Positions 28,993-41,277 are shown, numbered from the stretch's first letter. The stretch is DNA of 64,000 bases from an uncultured Acidobacteriota bacterium (GCA_963813155.1 CAWEYG010000006.1:32001-96000), one strand, 5' to 3'. Program-made: numbers and translations. The notes: generated from the sequence alone by a model not told the origin.

Positions 28993-30866
28993 TTAGCGGC
29001 GCCGGACGGTTGTGCTCTTCGGCGCGCACTGCAAGTTACCAGGGCTCAGCCGGAAAATTTGCGCCTGGATGTCGGGTGACCGCTTGAAGGGATTGCGCGT
29101 CGCCGATCGAAAGATCCGGACCGGCGAGTCGGGGACGGCGCAGGGGGCGAGCGTGGATGTCAGATTGCGCTCCACCGGAAGAACGAGAACCGTGGCACCC
29201 GACGATCGAGCGAGAGAGAAGATGTTCTTCGGGAAGGGCTCGGCCGAGTAGTTCGCGGCGTCGCTTCCGACGAAAGGGCGGGGAATCAGGGCCGAGGACC
29301 GGAAGACGGCGAGGACGACATCCGAGTCCCGAAGAGTCCGGTCGAGCCATCGGGCTTCGGCGTAGCCATTCGCGTGGGCAGTCATCACTCGGTCGCGCCA
29401 GCCGTTTGAAAACGCGCCGGGAATCAGAATTACCGCCATCCCGACGGCGACGATTGCCGTGGCCGCGCCTTGAAGCGAGAGGGCTTTGAACAGGAGGGCC
29501 TTTCGGGGACCTGGCGATGCGGCGACGGCGGCCGCCCCTGCCCAGAGATACGGTTCGAGAAAAAACCTCGCCGACAGCTGGCCGAAAGCCACGATCAGGA
29601 TCGTCGACATGAAGGCGGCGGCGAGAAAGAGTCTGGACTTGCCTCGGGTTCCGAACGCGGTAACGCCCGCGAAGACGCCGAGGCCGAGCATCGTCGAAAA
29701 GTCCGCGGGATGGATCGTTGCGGTCAGATCGAGGGGCAGGCGAATCAACCGGCCGAAGGATCGCGGGCCCGCATAGTCCCGCAGGTATTCCGCGAATCGG
29801 ATCACGGCGGGATCGGGCTGGCCGCGAAGCCTCTCGAGCAGGGGAGAGAGCGGATCGCCGTAGAAAGCGAAACTTCGGGCGTAGACCGGGAGTGCGAAGA
29901 ACGAGAAAGCTGCGGCGGTGATTCCCGCGGCCGTGACGAGCCGGCCGCAGCGGCGAGCAGCCGTCGAGCGCGAGAGCCAGCACGACGAGTCCTGAGAGGA
30001 GAAACGAATACTTGCAGGCGATCGCGAACATGGTTGCTCCGATTGCGAGCGTGAGGATCCCGGCGTCGAGGTTGTTCCCGGAGCGCACGATCAGGGCCAG
30101 AGCCAACGTCAGTGCGGCGGCGGGCAGAAGCTGCGGTTTCTGATTCGGAACCAGGAAGAGCATCAGGGGACAGGCCACGACGAGCAGCGCCGCGAGGATT
30201 CGTCCCCGGCGATCACTCGCGCCGGCCGAGAGAGCGATCACGGCGGCGACGAGCCCCGAGAATTGAAAGACCGCGCTCAGGACATCAGTCCCCGCCGCAA
30301 GTCCCAGGAGGTTCAGCCCTTCCCCGAGTCCTGTCAGCCGAGCGCAGAACCAGTCAGGCCTCGGGTAGGCGGCTCCATGGCGAATCCAATCCAGAGGGAC
30401 GCCGAGGTGGTAGTCGAGTGAGTCGGCGTCGGTAGGGGGGGCAAGGGCCGCCGCGCCGAGGGCGCAGGTCGTTACCGCCAGCGCCGACGAGTGCGATCCG
30501 CTCGAAGGACCGGGACCTCGCAGACGCGGCTCCGAAGCGACGTGACATCTTGCTCGTGTCCGGCGAGCCAGCCGGGGAATTTCGAAGGCTCCGGCGACGG
30601 CCAGCGCTCGCCCGAGCCAGCGCAGACCCGATGGGAAATGCGAATCCGGACCATGCGGCGGCGAGCGAGACACGAGGCGAGTCCAGCCGCAGCGAGGATG
30701 AAGCCGGCCGCCCGGTCGAGGCGATCGTCACTTCCGGGTCGAATCCTGGACGCGATCGAGCGCCCGACACCGGCGGTAGCCGAGAACGATCAGATACCGC
30801 GAGCACGGCGGGAAGAGGCTCCGCGAGCACGAGATCGGCGAGCTGGAGAAAGTGCGTTTGCGTCAT
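28993..30866 (-). CDS. Polytopic membrane protein, DUF1420-like / putative GT-C glycosyltransferase (frameshifted)
   Basis: PPTDADSLDYHLGVPL, QKPQL, ACKYSFL, QLSARFFLEPY across ORFs 30354-30866, 29036-30673 and 28993-29805. Confidence 0.6.
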
Positions 30867-30926
30867 CGGGAGAGAAGAATTCTACAGCCCGTGCGCTCGC
30901 GAGTTTTCGGATACAATTCCCGCGCA

Positions 30927-31883
30927 ATGGAACACCTGTTCCGATACGGCGACCTGAAAATCTTCTCCGGCCGGGCGCACCCGAGCCTGGCCGCGGAGAT
31001 CTGCGCGTACCTCGGCGTGGAGCTGGGGAGAGTCAAGCTCTTCAACTTCTCCGACGGCGAGAACAACTGCCAGATCGAAGAGAACGTGCGCGGCGCCGAC
31101 GTGTTCATCATCCAGCCGACCTCGACGCCCGTCAACGACCACCTGATGGAGCTTCTGATCCTGCTCGACGCGTTCAAACGGTCGTCGGCGACGCGCATCA
31201 CGGCCGTGATCCCGTACTACGGCTACGCCCGCCAGGACCGAAAGGACCGCCCGCGCGTCCCGATCACTTCGAAGCTCGTCGCCGATCTCCTGACGGCCGG
31301 CGGCGCGGACCGGATCCTCACGATGGACCTGCACGCCGCGCAGATCCAGGGCTTCTTCAACATCCCGGTGGACCACCTGTTCGCCGCTCCGGTGATCCTC
31401 GAATCGGTCCGAAAGATGGAAATCGAGGACCTGACGATCATTTCTCCGGATGTCGGCGGGGTCGAGCGGGCGAGGGCGTTCGCGAAGAGGCTCGGCGCCT
31501 CGCTCGCGATCGTCGACAAGCGTCGCACGGGCCCGAACGAGGCGGAGGTCCTGAACGTCATCGGCGACGTGCAGGGGCGCTCGGCCCTGATTCTCGACGA
31601 CATCATCGACACGGCGGGGACGCTCATCAAGGCGACCGAAGCGCTCGAGGCGTACGGCGCGCGGGAGATCTTCGCGGCCGGGGTCCACGCGGTCCTCTCG
31701 GGGCCCGCGATCGACCGGATCAACGCGTCCCGGCTGAAGTCGGTCCTCGTCACGAACACGATTCCCGTGACCGCGTCCGAGGCCCGTTGCCCCCGGATTC
31801 GGTCGTTTTCGGTTGCGCCGCTTCTCGGCGAGGCGATCCAGCGGATCCACGACGGGGCCTCGGTTTCCTCGCTTTTCGTGTAG
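30927..31883 (+). CDS. prs: Ribose-phosphate pyrophosphokinase
   Basis: FSDGE, PYYGYARQDRK, MDLHAAQIQGFF, SPDVGG, DDIIDTAGT. Confidence 0.97.
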   Translation: MEHLFRYGDLKIFSGRAHPSLAAEICAYLGVELGRVKLFNFSDGENNCQIEENVRGADVFIIQPTSTPVNDHLMELLILLDAFKRSSATRITAVIPYYGYARQDRKDRPRVPITSKLVADLLTAGGADRILTMDLHAAQIQGFFNIPVDHLFAAPVILESVRKMEIEDLTIISPDVGGVERARAFAKRLGASLAIVDKRRTGPNEAEVLNVIGDVQGRSALILDDIIDTAGTLIKATEALEAYGAREIFAAGVHAVLSGPAIDRINASRLKSVLVTNTIPVTASEARCPRIRSFSVAPLLGEAIQRIHDGASVSSLFV

Positions 31884-31928
31884 AGGCCGGACCAGCAGGC
31901 GCGACTCCCGGCCCGGAGCAGGCATGCG

Positions 31929-31991
31929 ACCTCACCCTCCGAGCCCCTCTCCAGCTGGAGAGAGGGTGGCGCGGAGCGCCGGGGGTGAGGT
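31929..31991. repeat. BoxC-like element between prs and rplY
   Basis: acctcaccc...ccctctccagctggagagaggg...ggggtgaggt with inverted termini. Confidence 0.8.
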
Positions 31992-32017
31992 AGGCGCTCG
32001 ACGGCGGAGGCAGGGGC

Positions 32018-32047
32018 TTGGGCCTCATCGGCCTCTTGGGGTATACT
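32018..32047 (+). promoter_or_regulatory. Candidate sigma-70 promoter for rplY
   Basis: TTGGGC-N18-TATACT, about 40 bp upstream of ATG 32088. Confidence 0.5.
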
Positions 32048-32087
32048 TCGCCCCTTTGACTTGGAAGAGGACAGAAGGAACTGAGAT

Positions 32088-32785
32088 ATGGCCAACATTG
32101 AACTGGACGTCGAGCGCCGGGAGGCGATCGGGAAGAACAACGCCCGCAGGGCGCGAGCCGAGGGGAGAGTCCCCGCGATCGTGTACGGAGCGAAGAAAGA
32201 GACGGTTCCGATCTACGTCAACGCGAGGGCGCTGACGACCGTCTTTCGCGAGGGCGCCGGCTCGAACTCGATCTATCTTCTCAAGATGACGGGCACCGAC
32301 AAGGCGCGGCACGCGATGATCAAAGAGATCAACCGCGACCCGATTTCCCGGAAAGTCCTGCACATCGATTTCGTTCGCGTGTTGATGGACGTCAAGGTAC
32401 GGGTCTCGGTCGGGCTCGAGCTCGTCGGCACTCCGATCGGGGTCCGACAGGACGCCGGCATCCTGGACTTCGTGACCCGCGAGATCGAGATCGAATGCCT
32501 TCCGAGCGACATTCCCGCGAGCATCCCGGTCGACGTTTCGGAGATCGGGATGGGGCAGTCGATGCGCGTGTCGCAGATTCCCGCGCCCGAGGGAATCCGG
32601 ATCCTCGAAGACGCCGAAAAGGTCATCGCGCACGTCGCGCATCCGGCGAAGGAAGAGGAAGCTCCGGTTCCGGGCGTCGAAGCGGAGGCCGCGGCGGCCG
32701 AGCCCGAGGTCATCAAGAAGGGCAAGGTCGATACCGAGGAAGCCCTGCCGGAAGAAGGGGGGGAAGGAAGGGAATCCTCCCTTGC
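32088..32785 (+). CDS. rplY: 50S ribosomal protein L25/Ctc (stop lost, probably through a homopolymer error near 32757-32775; end approximate)
   Basis: GKNNARRARAEGRVPAIVYG, LHIDF, LPSDIP, EPEVIKKGK. Confidence 0.93.
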
Positions 32786-33357
32786 GTCTGGTCGCGGGGC
32801 TGGGAAATCCCGGTCCGGAATACGAAGGCACGCGCCACAACGTGGGTTTCGCCGTCGTCGACCGGTTGGCCGCCGACGAGAAAATTTCCGTCAAGCGGGT
32901 CGACTGCCGGGCGCTGACGGGGCGGGGGCGAATCGGGGACGAGGTCGCCGTTTTCGCCAAGCCGGTGACGTACATGAACGCCTCGGGCGAGGCGGTCTCT
33001 GCTCTTTTGAAAAAGTTGGAATTGGCCGCGGAGGACCTTCTCGTCGTCTCCGACGACATCGATCTCCCGGTGGGCGCTCTCCGGTTCAAGCCGAAGGGGT
33101 CTTCCGGGGGGCAGAAGGGGCTCCGGTCGATCGAGTCCGCGCTCGGGACGAAGGAGTTCGCGAGGCTGCGGGTGGGGATCCGGGGGGAGCACTACACCCG
33201 GGAGAACGAGCTCTCGGACTACGTTCTCGACCGGTTCTCCCGCTCCGAAAGATCCGCGATCGACCAGACGGTCGGCCGAGCGGCCGATGCCGTCCGGGTG
33301 TGGATCACCGAGGGCGTCGTCGCGGCCATGAATCGTTTCAACGCGATCTCCGAATAG
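32782..33357 (+). CDS. pth: Peptidyl-tRNA hydrolase
   Basis: GLGNPG.EYEGTRHNVGF, KPVTYMNASG, DDIDLP, GSSGGQKG, RLRVGI. Confidence 0.96.
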   Translation: MRLVAGLGNPGPEYEGTRHNVGFAVVDRLAADEKISVKRVDCRALTGRGRIGDEVAVFAKPVTYMNASGEAVSALLKKLELAAEDLLVVSDDIDLPVGALRFKPKGSSGGQKGLRSIESALGTKEFARLRVGIRGEHYTRENELSDYVLDRFSRSERSAIDQTVGRAADAVRVWITEGVVAAMNRFNAISE

Positions 33358-33418
33358 TTCGGAGTCGTTTTTATCTCCTCGGTCCCGCCAGACGGGATCT
33401 TGAGATCCAGGAGGAGTC

Positions 33419-33823
33419 ATGCGGATTTACGACATCGTGGTGGTGTTGAGTCCGGACGGAACGCCGGACCAGACTACCGGCCTCGTCGAGGGGTTCAAGA
33501 AGATCCTCGTCGACGACGGCGCGAACGTGGTTCTCGAAGAGCCGTGGGGCCGACGCCGCCTCGCGTACGCGATCGGGAAACGGCGCGAGGGCATTTACCA
33601 CTACTGGCAGGTCGAGGCGAAGGCCGAGACGATCGCGGAGCTCGAGCGAAAGCTCCGCCTCTCCGACGACGTCCTGCGGCACCTCGCGGTGCGCGCCGAC
33701 GAAGAGCTCAAGCGCGCGACGAAGCTCAAGAAGATTCGCGACGCGAAGGCCGCGAGCAAACCGCCGAAGAAGGTGCCCGCGGAAGCCGCTGCGCCTCCGG
33801 CCGCCGAAGACGTGAACGCGTGA
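33419..33823 (+). CDS. rpsF: 30S ribosomal protein S6
   Basis: [36 protein letters not shown]. Confidence 0.95.
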   Translation: MRIYDIVVVLSPDGTPDQTTGLVEGFKKILVDDGANVVLEEPWGRRRLAYAIGKRREGIYHYWQVEAKAETIAELERKLRLSDDVLRHLAVRADEELKRATKLKKIRDAKAASKPPKKVPAEAAAPPAAEDVNA

Positions 33824-33833
33824 GGGGGAGACG

Positions 33834-34097
33834 ATGAGAGAGAGAGACAAAAAAGACAAGAAAACGGGAAACCGCAAGAAGTTCTTCGTCCGACGCCGTA
33901 AGGCCTGCAAGTTCTGCGTGGAGAAGATCGACTACATCGACTGGAAGGACCTGAAGACGCTTCAGGGGTTCATCCCCGAGCGGGGCAAGATCCTGCCGCG
34001 GCGGATCTCCGGCGTGTGCTCGCTCCACCAGCGGAAGCTGCAGACGGCGATCAAGCGGGCCCGCGCGATCGCGCTCCTGCCGTACGCCACGGACTAG
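33834..34097 (+). CDS. rpsR: 30S ribosomal protein S18
   Basis: [36 protein letters not shown]. Confidence 0.97.
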   Translation: MRERDKKDKKTGNRKKFFVRRRKACKFCVEKIDYIDWKDLKTLQGFIPERGKILPRRISGVCSLHQRKLQTAIKRARAIALLPYATD

Positions 34098-34110
34098 GGT
34101 GACAGGAATT

Positions 34111-34220
34111 CCTCACCCTCTCCCCTTGCGGGAGAGGGACGGGGTGAGGGGTGGTGCACGGTGCCCGCCCCCTCACCCGCCGCTTCGCGGCGGCCTCTCC
34201 CACAGGGGGAGAGGCGAATC
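34111..34220. repeat. Composite BoxC-like element
   Basis: ccctctccc-cttgc-gggagaggg..gggtgagggg...cccctcaccc..cctctcccacagggggagagg; 34169-34220 is a near-identical reverse complement of about 46785-46836. Confidence 0.85.
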
Positions 34221-35240
34221 GTGAGCACAGAGTCATCGTCTCCGAGCGGTGACCCGACAGGGGGTGGCGTCAGCCGGGGTGAGGACGGAAGTCCTGCCGA
34301 GCCCCGTTCCCTCCTCGGCGAAGCGCTGGCCACGGCCTTCCTGTCCGCGACGTTCTTCTGGGGTCTGCGCTTCCTTCTGATCTTCGCCGTCGCGTTCGTG
34401 CCGGCGGCCGCGCTTCCGCTCGTCCGGTTCGGGTATCGCCGCGGCATGGCAGCCGTTCTCGCGGCGTGCGCGGGCGGCGCGGCCTTCGCGGCCGTCTTTG
34501 CCCTTCTGCTCGGACAAAAGTGGCCCGATGCGGCAGCCGAAGCGGCGATCTATCTCGCGACGGCGGGGGTCTGCGGCCTTGCCGGGGCGATCGCGCGGTC
34601 GCGAAGCGCCTCGGCTGTGTTCCTGGGGCTTTGCCTCTACGGGTCGATCGGCATCGCGGCTTTCGCGCTCGCCGGGCCGCCCGAACGGGGCCAGATCGAG
34701 AAGCAATTCGACGCCTATTCGAAGACGTGGATGGACTCCTCGCGCCAGTCCGGGACCGATCCGGAGACCCTGAAGTCCCTCCAGTCGGCCCTCGACTCCG
34801 CCCGGGCGATTTCGCTCGATTACGCGCCGGGCCTCGCCGCGATGCTCTGGATTTTGCTCGCCGCGGCGGCCTTCTTCCTCGGTTTGCGCTTCGGGCGGGC
34901 GGGGGGCCCGGGGGACGATTTCTCCGCGTTTCGGTTGCCGCCCCACCTGGCCGGCCTCTTCGTCCTTTCGGGGGCCGGAGCGGCGCTGTGGCGCGGCGAC
35001 GGGCGACGGCTGGCGCTCGACGTCCTGGGGCCCCTGCTCGTCTTGTATTTTCTGGCCGGACTCTCTATCATCGCGTTCTTTGCCCGGAGGTGGCTGCGGA
35101 CGCGGTTCTTCCGGGTGGCCCTGTACGTCGTGGCGTTCTGCTTTCCGTTTTCGGCTGCGACGGCGGGGTTGGGGCTTTTCGACTGGTATTTCGACGTCCG
35201 CCGGAGGGCGGACAAACAGAGGGACGGGAGAAGCGAATGA
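34221..35240 (+). CDS. DUF2232 (YybS-like) membrane protein
   Basis: Multi-TM protein, YFLAGLS and GLGLFDWYFDVRR C-terminal motif, conserved position between rpsR and rplI. Confidence 0.8.
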   Translation: MSTESSSPSGDPTGGGVSRGEDGSPAEPRSLLGEALATAFLSATFFWGLRFLLIFAVAFVPAAALPLVRFGYRRGMAAVLAACAGGAAFAAVFALLLGQKWPDAAAEAAIYLATAGVCGLAGAIARSRSASAVFLGLCLYGSIGIAAFALAGPPERGQIEKQFDAYSKTWMDSSRQSGTDPETLKSLQSALDSARAISLDYAPGLAAMLWILLAAAAFFLGLRFGRAGGPGDDFSAFRLPPHLAGLFVLSGAGAALWRGDGRRLALDVLGPLLVLYFLAGLSIIAFFARRWLRTRFFRVALYVVAFCFPFSAATAGLGLFDWYFDVRRRADKQRDGRSE

Positions 35241-35695
35241 AAATCATTCTGACCGACGAAGTGCGCGGGCTCGGCCACCGGGGCGACCAGGTGGAAGTCA
35301 AGAACGGCTACGCCCGGAATTTCCTTTTGCCGCAGGGGCTCGCGTTCCTCGCGACCCAGGCGAACAAGCGGCGTCTGGAAGAAGAGAAGAAGTCCTACGA
35401 CGAGAAGGTCCTGCGCGAAAAGGCGGTCTCCGAGGAAGTCGCGCGAAAAATGGAAGGCATGCGCCTGACGCTCGTGAAGAAGGCGGGCGAAGGGGACGTC
35501 CTGTACGGTTCCGTCACGACCGCCGACATCGCCGACGCGCTCGCGGAGAAGGGCATCCAGGTGGACCGCCGCCGCGTGGAGCTGGAAGAGCCGATCAAGC
35601 GGCTCGGCGAGCACCAGGTGCACGTGAAGCTGCACCGCGACGTCTCCGTGCCGGTCATCATTGACGTGCAGGGGCTTCAGCCCGCGGTTTCCTAG
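35237..35695 (+). CDS. rplI: 50S ribosomal protein L9
   Basis: MKIILTDEVRGLG..GDQVEVKNGYARNFLLP, LYGSVT, PIKRLG. Confidence 0.97.
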   Translation: MKIILTDEVRGLGHRGDQVEVKNGYARNFLLPQGLAFLATQANKRRLEEEKKSYDEKVLREKAVSEEVARKMEGMRLTLVKKAGEGDVLYGSVTTADIADALAEKGIQVDRRRVELEEPIKRLGEHQVHVKLHRDVSVPVIIDVQGLQPAVS

Positions 35696-35865
35696 AGGTC
35701 ATCTCGCCGCCGTCGCCGGAATCGCCCGGAGCGGGGGCCCTGCATTGCACCGGAGTTTGCCGTTCTTCCCTGATATAGTTGTGTCTTCAGGCCTTGCCCT
35801 GGCGGTAACCGTCGGGAATTGGACAGTCTTCGGTTGCTGCAGCCAGGCAGACCGCGTGGTGACCA

Positions 35866-37803
35866 GTGACAAGTCATCGTCCGGCGAATGGTCCTCCGAT
35901 TTCGCCCGAGGCGCTCATCGAGGCGAACGCGGACGCCCTGTTCGCCGCGACCGAGGCCGGAGAGATCCTCACCTGGAATGAGGGCGCGCGTCGGATGTTT
36001 GGCTTTTCCCCGGAAGCCGCGATCGGCCGTTCTCTCGTTGACCTGCTTCATCCACCGGACACGGCCGATGAGATTCGCCGCTGGCTCACCGTCGCCGCGG
36101 AAATGGGAACCGCCGTCTACGAGACCGTATGCCTCCGGGAGGACGGAATGCCGCTGAACGTGGACGCCTCGATCACGGCGGTTCGAAACCCGGATCCCCG
36201 CCTGAGCTATCTCGCGATCAGCAAGAAGGACGTCTCCGAGCTCAAGTATCGCCGCGCCGCGAGGCTCGTCCAGGAGCGGTTCGGCCCCCTTCTCGAGGCT
36301 GCGCCCGACGCGATGGTCATCGTCGACCGTACCGGCCGTATCGCGACGCTCAACGAGCAGAGCGAGAAGTTGTTCGGCTACACGCGCCTGGAGCTGCTCG
36401 GAAAGCCCGTGGAAGTCCTCGTTCCCGAAAGATTCCACGGGAAGCATCCGGCGCATCGCATCGGATATTTCGGGGCCCCTCGCAGGCGCACGATGGGGTC
36501 GGGCCTCGAGCTTCACGCCCGTCGAAAGGACGGGACGGAATTTCCGGTCGAGATCAGCCTGAGCCCGCTCGAAACGGAGGAGGGCACTCTCGTGACGGCC
36601 GCGATCCGGGACATCGGCGATCGCAAGAAGGTCGAGGCGAAATTTCGCGGCCTGCTGGAGTCCGCGCCCGACGCGATGGTCATCGTCGATCGCCAGGGCG
36701 AGATCGTTCTCGTCAACGCCCAGACGGAGCGGCTGTTCGGATACTCGAGGCAGGAGCTGCTCGGCAAGACCGTCGAGCTTCTGGTTCCTTCGCGGTTTCG
36801 GGGCCAGCATCCGGAGCATCGCGGGCACTACTTCGTCGATCCCCGCGTCCGGGCCATGGGAACGGGAATGGAGCTGTACGGGCTGCGCAAGGACGGAACG
36901 GAATTTCCGGTCGAAATCAGCCTCAGCCCTCTGGAGACGGAGGAGGGATTGCTCGTCTCGAGCGCGATCCGCGACATCACCGCGCAGAAGGTTCTCGAGG
37001 AGGAGCTTCGGCGGAAGAACGACGAAGTCGTCGATCAGAGCCAGAAGATCCAGGAGGCGAACCGCCTCAAGAGCGAGTTCCTCGCGAACATGTCGCATGA
37101 GCTGAGGACGCCGTTGAACGCCATCATCGGATTCGCCGAGCTGATGCACGACGGCAAAGTCGGGCCCGTGTCCGCGGAGCACAAGGAGTACCTCGGCGAC
37201 ATCCTGACGAGCTCGCGCCACCTGCTCCAGTTGATCAACGACGTGCTCGATCTCGCGAAGGTCGAGTCCGGAAAGATGTCGTTCCTGCCGGAGCCGGTGG
37301 ACCTTCGGCGCGTGATCGGCGAGGTGGGCGACATTCTCCGAACGCTTGCCGCTCAGCGGCACATCGAGATCGGGGTCGAGGTGGATCCGAAGCTCGGCGA
37401 CATCGTCGTCGACCCATCGAAATTGAAGCAGGTGCTCTACAACTTCCTTTCCAACGCCCTGAAATTTTCGCCCGACAGGGCGCGGGTCGAGGTGCGCGCG
37501 GTGTCCGAGGGCCACGAGGAGCTTCGGATCGAGGTCGAGGACTCGGGCATCGGGATCAGAGCGGAAGACATCCCCCGGCTGTTCGTGGAGTTTCAACAGC
37601 TGGACGCCAGCACCGCCAAGAAGTACGCCGGCACCGGCCTCGGGCTCGCGTTGACGAAGCGGATCGTGGAGGCCCAGGGCGGCCGCGTCGGAGTCGCGAG
37701 CGAGCCCGGCAAGGGGAGCACGTTCTTCGCGGTGCTGCCCCGCGACGGTTCGTCGAGCGCGGCGGCTGTTCGAACGAAGGAGGAGGACGCGCGTGGCCGG
37801 TGA
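35866..37803 (+). CDS. Cytoplasmic three-PAS sensor histidine kinase
   Basis: Three PAS repeats (APDAMVIVD...FPVEISLSP), [33 protein letters not shown]. Confidence 0.93.
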   Translation: MTSHRPANGPPISPEALIEANADALFAATEAGEILTWNEGARRMFGFSPEAAIGRSLVDLLHPPDTADEIRRWLTVAAEMGTAVYETVCLREDGMPLNVDASITAVRNPDPRLSYLAISKKDVSELKYRRAARLVQERFGPLLEAAPDAMVIVDRTGRIATLNEQSEKLFGYTRLELLGKPVEVLVPERFHGKHPAHRIGYFGAPRRRTMGSGLELHARRKDGTEFPVEISLSPLETEEGTLVTAAIRDIGDRKKVEAKFRGLLESAPDAMVIVDRQGEIVLVNAQTERLFGYSRQELLGKTVELLVPSRFRGQHPEHRGHYFVDPRVRAMGTGMELYGLRKDGTEFPVEISLSPLETEEGLLVSSAIRDITAQKVLEEELRRKNDEVVDQSQKIQEANRLKSEFLANMSHELRTPLNAIIGFAELMHDGKVGPVSAEHKEYLGDILTSSRHLLQLINDVLDLAKVESGKMSFLPEPVDLRRVIGEVGDILRTLAAQRHIEIGVEVDPKLGDIVVDPSKLKQVLYNFLSNALKFSPDRARVEVRAVSEGHEELRIEVEDSGIGIRAEDIPRLFVEFQQLDASTAKKYAGTGLGLALTKRIVEAQGGRVGVASEPGKGSTFFAVLPRDGSSSAAAVRTKEEDARGR

Positions 37804-38170
37804 ACCGATTCTGATCGTGGACGACAACGCCGCGAATCTGAAGCTCGCGCGAGTGCTCCTTCAGGCGGAGGGCTACGAGGTGCGGGCAGCCGCCAATGCC
37901 GAGGAAGCCCTTGCAGTTCTGAAAGGGTACCGGCCGCGCCTGATCCTCATGGACATCCAGATGCCGGGCATGGACGGGCTGGAGCTCACGCGGCGCCTGA
38001 AAGCGGACCCGTCGCTTTCCCATGTCGTCATCCTCGCGCTCACGTCCTACGCGATGAAGGGAGACGAGGAAAAGGCGATGGCCGCCGGCTGCGACGGCTA
38101 CTTCGCCAAGCCGATCGACACTCGCCGGCTGCCGGCGCAGATCGCGGAATTTCTGGCGAGGCGGAAATGA
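37793..38170 (+). CDS. Single-domain response regulator (DivK/CheY-like)
   Basis: [32 protein letters not shown]. Confidence 0.93.
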   Translation: MAGEPILIVDDNAANLKLARVLLQAEGYEVRAAANAEEALAVLKGYRPRLILMDIQMPGMDGLELTRRLKADPSLSHVVILALTSYAMKGDEEKAMAAGCDGYFAKPIDTRRLPAQIAEFLARRK

Positions 38171-41100
38171 GAGTCCTGATCGTCGACGACCTCCCGTTGA
38201 ACCGCAAGCTGTTGCGGGCGATCCTGGCCTCGGCCGGGCACGAGACGGCGGAGGCCGGCGACGGACGCGAGGCTCTCGAGGCGCTCCGGCAAAGCGCGTT
38301 CGATGTCGTCGTGACCGACATTCTCATGCCGGGGATGGACGGCTACCGGCTGTGCAGTGAAATGCGCCAGAGCGAGGACTTTCGGAGGATCCCGATCGTC
38401 GTGTACACGTCGACGTACACATCTCCCGCGGACGAGAAGATGGCGATGAGAGTCGGCGCGGACCGTTTTCTGCGAAAACCCGCGACACCGGCGGAAATCC
38501 TCGGCGTGCTGGAGTCCGTGGCGAGCGAGCCCCGTCCGACTTCTGGGGGCGAGTCGCTCCAAGATGCCGCGACGATCCGGGAGTACAGCGATGTTCTCGT
38601 CCGAAAGCTCGAGGAAAAGAACCTTGACCTCGAGACCTCGGAGCGCCGCATTCGCGAGCTCGTCGACTTTTCTCCGATTGGAATCTGCCAGTCCACGCCG
38701 GAGGGAGTTCTGACGTCGGCGAATTCGGCCGCCGCCGCGATGCTCGGCTACGGGTCCCCGGAGGAGCTCGTCGGCCTGAACATGCCGCGCGAGGTCTACT
38801 TCGACCCTGCCGATCGGGCGGGCGTGGTCGCGGGGTTCGCCAGGGGCGAGCGGGATGTCGAGGTCCAGTGGAAGAGGAAGGATGGCTCGCCGATCTGGGT
38901 GCAACTGGACGGCCGGATCGCCCGGGACGAATCGGGCGGGGAGACGCACCACGAAGCGTTCGTCCGCGACGTTTCGGCGCGCAAGAGGGCGGAGGCTGAG
39001 TCGGAGCGTTCCATGGCCGAGTCCACCGGCCTTCACCGGCGAAAAGTCGGCATCGACATCCTCGTCATGGCGGTCGTGGCGGGACTCGTGGCCTACATCG
39101 ACCACCAGTACGGTCTGTTCGATGGGGTCGTCAAGTGGATGCTGGCGCACGAACCGGGGCCGTACGACGAAATTCTGACCGCGGTCATCGTCCTGTCGGT
39201 TCTCGGCGGCATCTTTTCGTTCCGGCGCTGGCGAGATCATGCGATTGGAAACACGCTCCCGGGAGCAGACGGAGCGGGCTCTCCGGCTCCTTCGAACCGA
39301 TCTCGAAAATCGAGTCGAGGCCCGGACCGCGGAGCTTCAGGCGGACATCGCTCAGCGCAAGGTCGCGGAAGATTCCCTCGCCGCATCGGAAGTTCGCTAC
39401 CGCCGGCTCTTCGAGGCAGCGAGAGACGGCATTCTGATTCTGGATTTCGAAACCGGGCGGATTACCGATGCGAACCCGTTCCTCTCCGAGCTCCTGGGGT
39501 TTTCGCGCGACGAAATGATCGGCAAGACCGTGGGAGAGCTCAGCCCGTTCCGGGACCTTGCGGCGAACGAGATCATGCTCGACCGGCTGCAAGAACGTGA
39601 GTACATCCGCTATGAAGATCTCCCGCTGGAGACGAAGGACGGCCGAAAGAGCGCCGTGGAATTCGTCAGCAACGTGTATGACGTCGGCGGACAAAAGGTC
39701 ATTCAATGCAACATCCGCGACATCACGGAGCGCAAGCGCGCGGAAAACGGCATTCGCGCCTCCGAGGAGCGTGTTCGGGTGTTGATGGAGAATGCGAAGG
39801 ACGCGATCTTCGTGAACTCGCCCGATGGCATGATCGTCGGCTGCAACCGGGCGGCGGAATCCCTTCTCGGCCGTCCGCGATCGGAGATCGTCGGATCGTC
39901 GGTCGCGGAGATCGTGGCTCCCGAGGAGCGGGAGAGGGTTGGCCGCTCGATTGCCGCGACGGTCTCTACCGGCAGCGTCGACGGCTTCGAGACCTTCCTG
40001 CTGAAGTCGGACGGCGTGAAAGTACCGGTCGAGGTGTCGGCCTCGCTCGTGGAGGTCGCGGGCGAGAAGGTCATCCACGCGATCGTTCGCGACGCGACCG
40101 AACGAAAACGACTGGAAGAGCAGTATCGCCATGCGCAGAAGATGGAGGCGGTCGGACGGCTGGCCGGGGGCATCGCGCACGACTTCAATAACCTCCTGAT
40201 GGTCGTCCAGAGCTTCGTGGACGTTCTTCCCCTCCACCTCGGCGACGAGAAAGCGGTCCGGCACGACCTCGATCAGCTTCGCTCGACCGCGGGCCGCGGG
40301 GCATCGCTCACCCGGCAGCTCCTGGCGTTCTCGCGCAAGCAGCTTGTCCGGACCGAAACGCTCGATGTGAAGAACGTCGCCGCGGAGATGGCCTCCCTCC
40401 TGGAAAAGCTCCTTGGCGAGGATGTGCAGCTCGAGATCCGGCTCGATCCGTCGCCGTGCCTCGTGAAGGCCGACCGTGGACAGGTCGAGCAGGTGCTGAT
40501 GAATCTCGCCGTCAACGCGCGGGACGCCATGCCCCGGGGGGGAAGATCGTCATCGACGTTCGGCCCGAGCAGTTGGACGCAAGTTTCGCTGCGACGCATT
40601 CGGGCCTGACCCCGGGGTCGTTCGTCCGGGCTTCGGTCAGCGACACGGGAACGGGCATCAGCGCGGAAGTTCGCAAGCACCTGTTCGAGCCCTTTTTCAC
40701 GACGAAGGAAAGCGGCCGCGGAACGGGCCTGGGACTGGCGACGGTCTACGGAATCGTCAAGGCCGCCGGGGGAGACGTCTGGGTCTACAGCGAGCCCGGC
40801 AAGGGATCGGTTTTCAACGTTTACCTTCCCCGCGTCGACCGCGCCGGCGAGCCTTCGAGGCACGAGCCGGCCGAGGTCTCGGTGACCCGGGGGAGCGAGA
40901 CGATTTTTCTCGTCGAAGACGAAGACGTCATTCGAGAGATGGTCCGGGAGTATCTCGGAGCGAAAGGATACACGGTTCACGCCGCGGGGAGCGGGCACGA
41001 CGCGATCCGGCAGGCGTCCGCCCTTCGCGAGCCGATCGACCTCCTTCTCACCGACATCGTGCTGCCGGGACCCAACGGGCGGGAAGTCTCGGAGGCCCTG

Positions 41101-41259
41101 TCGCGCTCGAGGCCGACGATGAAAACCATCTTCATGTCCGGATACGTCGACGACGCGCAGACCGTGGGCCAGATCCTGTCGGAAGGGCGCGATTTCATTC
41201 AGAAGCCGATCGGACTCGAGGCGTTGGCGCGGAAGATCCGGGAGATCCTGGACCGTTAG
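38167..41259 (+). CDS. Hybrid histidine kinase REC-PAS-TM-PAS-PAS-HisKA-HATPase-REC (frameshifts near 39240 and 40540)
   Basis: LIVDD/TDILMP, PAS domains, [43 protein letters not shown]. Confidence 0.85.
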
Positions 41260-41277
41260 ACCGCGAAAGCGGAAGCG

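Noticed and set aside
30867-30926. tRNA-Gln often found upstream of prs
   Set aside because: The gap is only 60 bp and contains no tRNA-like sequence.
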